Source: Octopus vulgaris
Taxonomy: Eukaryota
Assembly: GCA_951406725.2 (NCBI GenBank)
Contig: OX597832.1
Location: 57,846,001 to 57,910,000 of the forward strand
Length of the DNA: 64,000 nt
Direction of reading: 5' to 3'
Shown here piece after piece: positions 52,753 through 64,000 of the stretch (its first letter is position 1; every line of letters starts with the position of its first letter). The notes under the pieces are model-generated. The model saw nothing but the letters and a program-made list of their open reading frames with translations, ran no database searches and had not been told where the DNA came from. A program made the translations under genes and the position numbers.

Positions 52753-53074
52753 TATTATTATTACTACTACTTTTTATCATTTAGTTAAGTTTTTTGTGTG
52801 TCATCTCCATTTTTTAATATATTTTTCATGTATTTACTGGAAGTTGTAATTTTGCAAACACAGATATTTGAAATAAATTCTGATATGTTATAATAATTAT
52901 TATTATTACAACTATTATTATTATTATTATTATTATTGTTGTTGCTGATGCTGTTATCGCTATTAGTTTTTGAAAATTTTATTCGTAGTTAATTAAAAAA
53001 AAGTGTTTGAAAATACCTTGTATTTGAAAATATAGAGAAAAACAAACTATATATATATATAGACACGCACAAAC

Positions 53075-53139
<65 letters not shown>

Positions 53140-53811
53140 ATATATATTTATATATACGCAAACAGACACATATATAATTTATATTAGGAAATTTTAAAAA
53201 AATCTTTCAAAACAGAAACACTCACACAAAAATATTATTTTTCTTGTATTTTTCGTTTTTATCTATTTTGACATTTTTAAAAGGGGTGTCAGCTTCTGGG
53301 CAAAGGAGATGCCGCCTATTGAGGTGGGTTGATGATAACGACGTGGAGGAGGATCATAATGAGGACTATGATGATGACGACGACGACGATGATGTCATTA
53401 ATGATGGTGGTGATGACGATGATGATGATAATGATGTTCTTTTATATTTTCATTTTGTTGTTGTTTCAGTCACTCGACTGCGGCCATGCTGGGGCACCGC
53501 ATTGAAGGATTTTTAATCGAACGAATCGACCCCAGTACTTATTTGTTTTTTGTTTTTAATGCTTTGTGCTTATTTCATTGTTCTCTTTTGCCGAGCCGCT
53601 AAGTTACGGGAACGTAAACACACCAATAAACACAGACATAAAGACACACCACACGCACACACATATGTATATACGACGGGCTTCTTTCTGTTTCCGTCTA
53701 CCAAATCCATGCAGTAGGAACTGAACTTGAAACCATGTGGTTGGGAAGCAAACTTCGTACCACACAGCCATGCCTGACGATGATGATGATGATCATGACG
53801 TAATATCCCTC

Positions 53812-53844
<33 letters not shown>

Positions 53845-54171
53845 GACAAAGGCTGTTCCTACAATCAACTTCCTTACATTGTTAGCACCGAGTTCTATCT
53901 TCCATTATCTTTTTCCCACGCTATCATCATCATCATCATCGTCATCATGATCATCATCTTCACCACCACCACCACCAGCATCATCACCATCATCATTATC
54001 AGCAGCGTCATCATCACCACTACCAGAATACCAATAACTTTATTTCCAACATCAGCAGCTGCACCACCACCACCAACAACATCACCAACATTATGAACAT
54101 CAAAAACATCACCAGCACCAAAAACATCAGTACAACCGCTACCACTATCTCCACCACAACTACCACCACCA

Positions 54172-54700
54172 CCCCACAACCAACGTTTCCAACACCATCA
54201 CCACCCATCATGACAACGACGACCGCCACCACCACCATCATCATCATTACTGCTATCACCACCACCATCACCACCCCACAACTAACATTTCCAACACCAT
54301 CACCATCGCCACCATCATCTTGACAACGAAAACCGCCACCACCACCACCACCACCATCATCATCATTACTGCTACCACCACCACCCCACAACCAACATTT
54401 CCAACACCATCATCATCGCCACCATCATCTTGACAACGACGACCGCCACCACCACCATCATCATTACTGCAACCGCCACCCCACAACCAACATTTCCAAC
54501 ACCATCACCATCTTGACAACAACGACCGCCACCACCACCATCATCATTACTACTACCACCCCACCTCACAACCAGCATTTCCAACACCACCACCATTGCC
54601 ACCATCATCTTGACGACAATGACAGCCACCACCACCAACACCACCACCATCATCATTATTGCTACCACCACCACCATCACCACCACCGTCAATATCACTC
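54172..54700. repeat. ~85-110-bp higher-order repeat (x5) built from CAC/CAT triplets
   Basis: The anchors CACAACCAACATTTCCAACACC and ATCTTGACAAC recur. Confidence 0.85.
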
Positions 54701-54961
54701 CCATCACCCACCTACATCATAACCTCCGCCGCCGCCGCCGCCATCTGCAGGGTTCACAGCTGAGAAACGTCCCCTAATTATACAAGATGATCACAACATG
54801 CATTACATCTGTTCTGTGCAAGAATCTGTTTTTTCCTTTGCTGTTGGTGTTTGAAATTTTGTTTTTCCTCCACTGTTGTTGCCTGGCCATGTTTTCCATG
54901 TTTCCAATTATATGGATTCCAGACTCCACAACGAAAGACAACACTGAATGAATCCCCCCAC

Positions 54962-54996
<35 letters not shown>

Positions 54997-55234
54997 TCCC
55001 AATCACCTCCCACCACTACGACTATGGCTACGACCACAGGCATCGGGATCGAGTCGCACGCAACGCACACCGTCATCACACAACACAACAAAACAACACA
55101 ACAGAGTCTTTCATATCGGTTGATAGCAACACACACAGACACACACACACATATATATATATGTATGTATATGTGTGTATGTACACACACGTATATACAC
55201 AAATGTTTATACAGATATTTATACATACTTATAT

Positions 55235-55265
<31 letters not shown>

Positions 55266-55506
55266 CATACACATCCATATATATATATATGTATACATAT
55301 ACACATGTATATATGTACAAATATAGATATATGTTTATAGGTACACACACATATATATTCATAAATATATACATATATGCATCCATATATATCTATATAT
55401 ATATATATACACATATATGCATCCACACACACATATATATATACATTCATATACACACATATATACATATATATTTATATTCATAAATATATACATATGT
55501 TTATGC

Positions 55507-55546
<40 letters not shown>

Positions 55547-55597
55547 GCATATATATCCATATGTACATGCATACATACGTGCATATACACATGCATA

Positions 55598-55632
<35 letters not shown>

Positions 55633-56312
55633 TATACACATATATATATATGTTATACACTCACACACACACACACACACACACGCACGCATACACACAC
55701 ACAAACACCCACGCACGTGCATACATACCCCAGCTTTCTTTTCTGCCAATATCTCTAAGCAAGCGAACGCGCGCTCTAACATCCCCCGCCGCACCCCCTT
55801 TTTATTACCCACCCCACCTCTCTTTTTGTTTTGTTTTTTTTTCATTGTTTCGCAACTCAATTAAAAGACAGAGCAAATATGTGAGAATCACAACAGCAGT
55901 TCCGCTTTCTTCTTTTTTTGTCTTTCCTTTTTTTTTCTTGTGTTTTTACGGTTGCCACCAACATCATCATCACCACCGCCGCCGCCTCCTCCGCCACAAC
56001 CACCATCTTCATACATCGTACAATGGATACTGTTCTTGGAGGTGGTGGGTACATGGTGGCGTTGGCGCGGGAACACGAACCCTACACCTGCTTGTTCTGT
56101 TAATAAGCCTCGTCGGCATCCTTTCGTTATCATCCTCATCGTCGCTGTTGTAGTTGGTGTTTTCGTTTGTTAATATATGTCATTGCTTTTTGTTGTTGTT
56201 GTTATCGTTGCTGTTGTTAAGTCCCCTACAAATAAAGCGTTGTTATCGGTGTTGTTAGTATTACTATTGTTGTTGTTGTTGTTGCTCGTTCATGGTGTTG
56301 TTGAAGGTTTCG

Positions 56313-56722
56313 TTACTGATATTGCTTATGCCAGCACCCCCACCGCCGCTGCTCTTTGCCGCTACCGCCGCCACCGCCATTGCTGCCACCGCCACTGCTG
56401 CCATCTCCATTGCTTTCACCAACACTGCTGCCGCCGCCACTGCTTCCACCGCCACTGCTGCCGCCACCACTGCTGCCACCGCCACTGCTTTCACCACCAC
56501 TGCTGCCGCCGCCACTGCTTCCACCGCCACTGCTGCCGCCGCCACTGCTTCCACCGCCACTGCTTCCACCACCACTGCTGCCGCCGCCACTGCTTCCACC
56601 GCCACTGCTGCCGCCACCACTGCTTCCACCGCCACTGCTGCCGCCACCACTGCTGCCGCTTCCACCGCCACTGCCACCGCCGACCTCATCGACTCTGCTG
56701 TTCTTGGTTTTTGTTGTTATTG
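56313..56722 (-). CDS. Candidate exon encoding a Gly/Ser-rich (GGGSS)n segment
   Basis: Minus-strand branch point CCCTAAC ~18 nt before TGTGTAG|; open frame ITTKTKNSRVDEVGGGSGGGS...; unit variation is mostly at Gly third positions. Confidence 0.3.
56340..56682. repeat. 15-bp GC-rich minisatellite (CCRCCACTGCTKCCR)n
   Basis: About 20 units; reads (GGGSS)n on the minus strand. Confidence 0.95.
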
Positions 56723-57226
56723 CTACACAGACAACGATGGTTAGGGAGTGATAATAGTGAGACCATGAACACTGCAAGCTCCCTGCAGACAAAAGGTGCA
56801 ACTGTTTGAATTCACTCAATATACAGCGAGTACACCTCTTTCAAATAAACTCGTGTGCAGCAATTTTTGCCTGCGTGCGCACATGTAATTGCCGTATATC
56901 AAGAGATTGGAATAAAAAGCCTTTGCTTCTTGCAGGTTTATCATTAGACGATTTCTATTGAAACTTTGGCAGCGAAGCATTCACCGATTGCTTTCGTGTA
57001 TCTTGTCAACACGGTTATTTCATTCCATTCGCTCACCCACCACTCTCTCTCTCTCCCTCACACACATAGAACCATCCTATCGCTTCTTCCAACCGTTTCC
57101 TCTTTTCTCTCCTTGCTCAAAGTAGCCATGTTTCTTTCGACGAGAGAAACGAACAGACAACGAATGATTCACTCCTATTTCTCCTTTGCTCCGATCCTTT
57201 AAGAACTAATGGTGATGATGATGATG

Positions 57227-57298
<72 letters not shown>

Positions 57299-57939
57299 GC
57301 AATATTCTAAATATTACTTTCTTGTTAAAGAACCGTCGTTGCAAGCAGCTATAACAATTTACAGGAAGTTTCTCCCTGTCTGCTCGCCTCTCTGCCTTTT
57401 CCCCCACCTCTCTGTGTTTGTGTGTGTATTTTTTTTTTTAATAATTTCAACGAAATTCATGGACTGAAAAATGTGTTAATAATTCTCGATCGATTATAAA
57501 TAGCTTACAGTATCTCAATAGACAAGGTTTAATATATATGTAGTTAAATTAAATTTCTATTTTCAATACGTTCACCGTTTCGGGTTTGGTCGATTGGCAG
57601 CCTCGTTGAGTAGCAGACGAAATCCCTCCAGGCATTTAGCTGTTCTCTTCTTCATCGTTCCGAGTTCAATTCTGTCTGAGGTTGATTCTGGCTTTCATTT
57701 ATCCGGGTTTATCTTTTACTTGCTTCAGTCATTGGACTGCGGCCATTCTGGAGCACCGCACTTGAAGGGCTTAGTCGAACAAATCGACTCCAGTGCTTAT
57801 TTTTTTTTAAAGCCTGATAACTTATTCAATCGTTCTTTTCTTCTTGTTTTTTTTAGCTGAACACGAGGACGTAAACAAACGAACACCGGATGTCAAGCGG
57901 TGGGAGGTGGAGACGAGTTCACAAACACAAAACACTTTC

Positions 57940-58336
57940 TTACTTCTTTATTACCAACAGGGGGCTACACATAGAGGGGACAAAGATAGACGAGGGGATT
58001 AAGTCGATTATATCGACCCCAATGCATAACTGGTACTTAATTTATCGACCCCGAAAGGATGAAAGGCAAAGTCGACCTTTGAATTCAGAACGTAACGGTA
58101 GACGAAATACCTATTTTTTTACTACCCACAAGAGGCTAAACACAGACAGGACAATCAAGGTCAGGCAAACGGATTAAGTCGATTATATCAACCCCAGTGC
58201 ATAACTGGTACTTATTTAATCGACCCCGAAAGGATGTAAGGCAAAGTCGACCTCGGCGGAATTTCAACTCAGAACGTAACGGCAGACGAAATACGGCTAC
58301 GCATTTCGCCCGGCGTGCTAACGTTTCTGCCAGCTC
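57940..58336 (-). mobile_element. SINE B with internal tandem duplication (dimer)
   Basis: GGATTAAGTCGATTATATC...GACGAAATAC occurs twice. Confidence 0.85.
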
Positions 58337-59009
58337 ACAAACACAAAAAACTTTATCTCTCTCTTTCTTTCTTTCTCTCTCTCTCTCTCTCGCTATCACA
58401 CACACATACACACACAGGATATACAAATAGTGTAAAGGTAGTTATTTTTCCGTGGGCGTCTTTAAGTTTCCGTCAACCGAATCCACCCACAAGGCATTGG
58501 TCGGTCCAGGACTATGCGAGAAGAATCTTTCTTAAGGTGCCGTGCAGTGGAACTGAACCCGAGACCGCATGGTTTCGAAGCAAGCATCTTAACCACACAG
58601 CCACGCCTGCAACTTCTTCACACCCGCCTCTTTCCTCCTGTTAATTTCTCGTCTTCTTTCTATTCTCCTTCTCTACTCCGTCTCTTCCGCTCGCCTTCGC
58701 ACTCTTTCTAGCTTTCTTCCTACGCTTCTCTCTCGCGTACAAATGAACTGCCAGGTTTGATGTAATTGTCTGCACTCGCCCCCTATCACTGTTTTGTGAC
58801 CTTGTCTATATGTTATACGCAATAGTTAAGAATAGCAATGAAACACAGAAAATGACAAGCAAAGGCAGCTAAAAAGATGGACACATTCCATTAGCGATGT
58901 CTACGGATATTCATCAAAGTCATCGATATAAACTTTACAGACAGATTCTCCACCACCACCCCCACTCTCAAAATGACCCCCCCCCGCAAAGTAAATCCAT
59001 TTTCTGCAG

Positions 59010-59265
59010 AACATCGAGGCACGGTTTCAGTTTCGTTCATCAAGTCATCTTGTGGCTACAAACTTCTCGGCACGCAAAGTTGGCAATGAAATAGACCCTG
59101 GGAGAGGGGAAGCGGCGCGGGGTGGGGGTGAGCCCAAGAACCCCTTGTACGGAACTGTTTAGGAAGATCTTGAACGCATCAGGACCAGTTACACAAGGAC
59201 GGGGAGAATTGCACACGTTAGCTTGTTGCCTTCTGCGTAACACATCACGGAAAGACCATGACTAA
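59010..59265 (+). pseudogene. RTE-clade LINE 3' end fragment, decayed
   Basis: SRHAKLAMK*TLGEGKRR..PRT / EDLERIRTSYTRTGRIAH (cf. A+.W....GKRRRGRPRTTW...EDL). Confidence 0.55.
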
Positions 59266-59295
59266 GGACATGTTATCAATAGATACAGTGTGCAA

Positions 59296-60128
59296 TGGCG
59301 GCGCGGTGGCAGAATCGTTAGCACGCCAGGCAAAATGTTGAGCGCTATTTTGTCCGTCTTTATGTTCTGAGTTCAAATTCCACCGAGGTCGACTTTGACT
59401 TTTATCCTTTCGGCGTCGATAAATTAAGTACCAGTTTAGTACTGGGGTTGATGTAATCGAATTAACCCTTCCACCAAATTTCAGGCCTTGTACTTATGGT
59501 AGAAAAGAAGATCATCATCATCATCCTCAGGGTGGTGTGTTGGTAGAATCGTTAGCACACCGGGCAAAATGTTGAGCGCCGTTTCGTCCGTCTTTATGTT
59601 CTGAGTTCAAATTCCGCTGAGGTCGACTTCGTCTTTTATCCTTCTGGGGTGAATGAAATCAACTTACCTACTTCCTTGAAGGTGTTGGCTTTGTACTAAA
59701 TTTGAAACCAATACATACGGCGTACAAAGTGGCGACCTGGCAGAGGCGTTAGCATGCCGGGTAAAATTCTTAGCGGTATTTCGTCGTCCGTCTTTACGTT
59801 CTGAGTTCAAATTCGACTGAGACCGACTTTGCCATTCATCCTTTTGGGGTCGATAAATTAAGTACCAGTGACGCATTGGGGTCGATGTAATCGACTCAAT
59901 CGTTTGTCTGTATTTGTTTGTCCCCTCTATGTTTGGCCCCTTGTGTGTAGTAAAGAATTAGGTATTTCGTCGTCCGTCTTTACGTTCTGAGTTCAAATTC
60001 GACTGAGACCGACTTTGCCTTTCATCCTTTTGGGGTCGATAAAACCAGTACCAGTTGAACACTGGGGTTGATGGAATCGACTTACTTACTTCCTCGACAT
60101 TTCTGGCCTTGCGCTAAAATTTGAAATT
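59296..60128 (+). mobile_element. Head-to-tail array of ~4 SINE B units
   Basis: Heads at ~59296, ~59531 and ~59729, plus an internal duplicate at ~59961. Confidence 0.85.
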
Positions 60129-61220
60129 AATACATGCAGTGTATCGCAGTTGAATTCCGATTCAAAAGTTTTGATTTTTCTAACATAGGCACAGAGCTAC
60201 CCCTTTGAGGGAGAATGTCTTTTGGAAGGATGAAAAGCAAATTCCCTCCTGCACGACATTTTAGTGTTTCAACGAATCCCGACCCTTTTCAAAAATATTG
60301 ACTTCTTCCTAAGGTGCCAGACCTTAGGAATGTATAGTTGTGTACAGTTGTATACAATCAACTGTATGTATACAGTTGATTAAATCAACCCCAGAATATG
60401 GCTGGTGCTTATCTAACTTTATTTCGTTTTTTGATTTGGTTTGCAAAATTCCTTATGTGAGTTCGTGTCTTGAAGCATATTCTGTTGTGTCTGGGGAGAG
60501 TCATTCTATTTTGGTGCCTTTTAATTTAACGCACTCACCGGTAAAATTTCCGTTGCGTCTTGCAACCTTTTCAATAGTTTTGACTAACTTTGCTATAAAG
60601 TAAAGCAAAAACTGATGTTTCGATCAAGGTTTTTTAATTGGAAAGGATCCAACGAAAACATCTCTGAAGAGCAGTTCTGCTTGAAACGTAGGACATCTCT
60701 CATACACGGTAAACTAACTTATACTATTCTACTTAATGAACTTATATTAACATAACAGTCACTTCAAACTCTGTGTTAGTAGGGTAATTGAGTGCTTTGT
60801 GATTCAGACATCAGCCCTACAAACATGTTGAACTTAAGACCGATAATAAAAGACGGCATATCGTCTTAAGGGTTCTTAGTCTAAATATATAAACCGCACT
60901 TGAAACATGTCTACACTTCTCTTATTTTTATCTAATGATAATCCGGAAGAATAATAGCGAAAATATAGTTAAATCTTTTCATTTGAGCGAAATGGTTGTT
61001 TAGAGTATATGTGCAATATTTATTTGCAATATATATGATACATAGATGTTATAATTTTATGTATATGAATGTGGATTTAACGATAATGTGAAGCATAAAT
61101 GATTATGAGAACTGAAAAGAAGTAGCTATATATATGTGTGAGTATGAATATTTATGTATATGCGTAGATGGATATGCATACATACATGTGTTTGTGTGTG
61201 TGTGTATATATATATATGTA

Positions 61221-61255
<35 letters not shown>

Positions 61256-61479
61256 ATATCTATCTATCTATCTATCTATCTATGTATCTATCTAACTCTA
61301 TGTATCTATCTATCTATCTCTCTCTCTATATAGATATCTGTACACAGATCTGTCTGTCTGTCTCTCTCATATATATATATATATATATAATCTTTATAGA
61401 TAGATGTATCTATATATCTATACATAGAGATCTATCCATCTATAGATAGATAGATCTCTATCTATATATCAATACATAG

Positions 61480-61522
<43 letters not shown>

Positions 61523-61730
61523 GATAGATAGATGTGTCTATATATCTATCTATCTATCTATCTATCTGTCTACTTGCATGCACTATATTCATACTATCAA
61601 ACACACATATAATACAAATATAGACACAACGGTATATAAGTACAGATAATACAAAGAGACACTTGTAAGTAAAACCAAAGAACATATTCAATCTCTCTAC
61701 ATATACGTATAAATGAATATATACGCACGC

Positions 61731-61764
<34 letters not shown>

Positions 61765-62089
61765 AAATTCAGAGACAAAACGGTATGTTAAATACTCGAT
61801 TAGGCTCGTTCTTTTTGTTTCACTAAGAAGATTTGTATTTCTTAAAAACCTGGATTAAGACATTTTAGATTTTAATCCTAATCCGTGTCACTATGAATAC
61901 GGAAGTACATTTGAGAAACAGCATCAGTAAAGATATCCTACACATTTGTATTCGTTCTGCTCTCTTCATCGTTTCCTCCTCATCGTCGTTATCATCCTTA
62001 ACAACAACAGCAACAGCAGCAGCAGCAACGATGATGATGACGACTACTAAGTTATTGTTATCAGTGTGAACAGGAACTCATTTGGACGC

Positions 62090-62455
62090 AATTAACATCA
62101 TCAAATCATCATCATCAACATCTACATCATCATCACCATCACGATCATCACATCATCATCATCTCAATACCATCATCATCATCATCATCATCACTATCAT
62201 CATCACCATCATCATCACCACCATTATCATCATCACCGTCATCATCATCACCATCACGATCATCACATCATCATCATCTCATCACTATCATCAACACCAT
62301 CATCATCACCATCACACTCATCATCATCATCATTACTATCATCAACACCATCATCATCATCACAATTATCATCACCATCATCACCATCATATCATCATCA
62401 CCACCATCACTATCATAACCATCATCATCATCTCACATCATCAACATCATTATTA
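62090..62455. repeat. Degenerate (CAT/CAC)n triplet satellite
   Basis: Read directly. Confidence 0.95.
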
Positions 62456-62542
62456 TAAAGCTGGCAGAATTGTTAGCACGCCAGACAAAATGTTTAGCGG
62501 CATTTCGTTCGGCATACATACGTTCAGAGATGTATGTAAGTA

Positions 62543-62954
62543 CGTGCCCTGGTCAATAGGCATCAGGACGGTTGAGCAGAAAATCTGCATCAAATTTTGC
62601 CAAAAGCTTGGCGTTACCTGCTCAGAGGCCTACGCAAAGTTTTCAAAAAGTCTGAACCACTCATACACTTGCGTGCGGCACATATACTCCTCTCCATACA
62701 CTTTCTGCAACTTTGCATAGACCTCTGAGAAGGTATTGCCATGACAACTTTCTTTGTTATGGTCAATGCGACGATCACACGCTACACATCTTCCTTCCAA
62801 GCACAGCTGTAAACAACGGAAATGAGCTGGAACGTCAAAACTTAGCGAGCGAGCACAGCAGAGATCAAGGTCAATCTCTGCCGAGCAGCTTCACTTTGCG
62901 TGCTTTCGCTTCGTTACTATGGCAACAATCTGGACACCTATTGATCAAACCTCG
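62543..62954. mobile_element. Non-autonomous mariner derivative made of two inward-facing 5' ends
   Basis: TA on both sides; imperfect ~32-bp TIRs (CGTGCCCTGGTCAATAGG / rc CGAGGTTTGATCAATAGG); plus strand EQKICIKFCQKLGVTCSEAYAK, minus strand NTFSEVYAKLQKVYGEEYMCRTQVYEWFRLFE (mariner N-terminal HTH). Confidence 0.8.
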
Positions 62955-63181
62955 TACGTATGTATGCATGCAAGGATGTATGTGTATATGTTTGTGTGTG
63001 TGCGTGTGTATATAAGAATAGCAGTTTGCTTTGATTAAAATATTGAGATTTTTAGCGATAGGGAGCTAGAGAAGTGAGATATGATACCATGACCAGAGAA
63101 GGGGGCCAAGTGAAGGAGAGACTCTTGAGTTGACCAATAACTTGTAAAGGGAAGTTCTTTGGATATCGATTATATGTATTA

Positions 63182-63692
63182 CTAGCAGTATCGCCCGGCG
63201 TTGCTCGGGTTTGTAAGGGAAATAACTATATAAGCATTTTTAGAGAGTTACTTCCCTTATAGATGCCAATTTGGGCTTTCTTAGCCATTTCTGTTTTGGT
63301 CTTCAAGCCATGAAGTCGTTGTTCTAAAAGAACGCTGGTCTCCTTGACAACGCTTTACGACGTTAATTTCCTTACACTCCCTTCCTCACAGCTTCACGAG
63401 GGAGGGAAGAAGGGGGAGATGCAAACAGGTGCAGGTGTGACCATGGACACCAACTCTGCCGCCATCGACACACGAAAAATTATGCATTAAAATGGAATAA
63501 AAAATGATGTTAAATTATTTTTTAAATCGTAGACTCATCGTAGACGCGCGCTAATACTCAGACGGGCTCGATATGAATCACGACTATAAGATACCCGAAT
63601 TTGGTTAAACTGCACCGCAAAATGTGGGAGTAGTTAGGAATCTAAATCGAAGGGGACAGACACTCACACAACTACAGTTTTATATATATAGA
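63182..63692 (-). mobile_element. Non-autonomous Helitron
   Basis: Minus strand A|TCTATATATATAAAA...CCCGAGCAACGCCGGG hairpin...CTAG|T: 5' TC, 3' hairpin plus CTAG, A-T target, no TSD. Confidence 0.88.
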
Positions 63693-63932
63693 TAATCACA
63701 TTATAAACAAAGGAGACAGAACTCTCGTAAATTTATGCTGGATTCCCCTATTACTCAGATATGCGTGCATTGCCCACATTTATGATATCAGATAATTCAC
63801 TGAAAAGAATACATAGACATATACATACGAAAACTTATGAATTTACAAACCCATGAACCAATTTTGGTGTTAAAATCTGTGAAACTCCGCAATTATGTGC
63901 ACATACTCATACACAAGAATAACACGTTGTGC

Positions 63933-63981
<49 letters not shown>

Positions 63982-64000
63982 AGTGAGTGTACGTATCTAT

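Noticed and set aside
54774-55002. Minus-strand ORFs with non-repetitive stretches
   Set aside because: No recognisable domain or convincing splice sites, and they start within a (GA)n run or microsatellite.
60306-60870. Several short hairpins (TTCCTAAGGT/ACCTTAGGAA, AATCAACTGTAT/ATACAGTTGATT, CTTAAGAC/GTCTTAAG)
   Set aside because: Stems of 8-12 bp with no TSD or family context; no function can be supported.

Overview
AT-rich, repeat-dense animal genomic DNA. The tRNA-derived SINE families and abundant (TA)n/(CA)n/(TTA)n/(GATA)n microsatellites suggest a coleoid cephalopod, probably Octopus; this is pattern recognition, not a database match. Almost all ORF-track entries are microsatellite or SINE artefacts. 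Supported content: four SINE families in dozens of copies; a decayed full-length mariner (7535-8804); MITEs of mariner, hAT and piggyBac type; a non-autonomous Helitron; CR1 and RTE LINE fragments; a decayed Penelope-like (PLE) GIY-YIG coding relic; and one probable terminal coding exon (15867-15965). The most striking signal is a set of unrelated short fold-back elements, mostly in (TA)n tracts. They carry minimal type I hammerhead-ribozyme motifs with palindromic helix III, and three of them show a consistent 34-37 nt one-sided tail. The best case (48534-48975) has intact-looking hammerheads on both strands. Three local inverted duplications and a SINE/CR1 shared 3' stem-loop with compensatory changes also stand out. 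Coordinates were read by eye; diffuse repeat boundaries may be off by a few bases.
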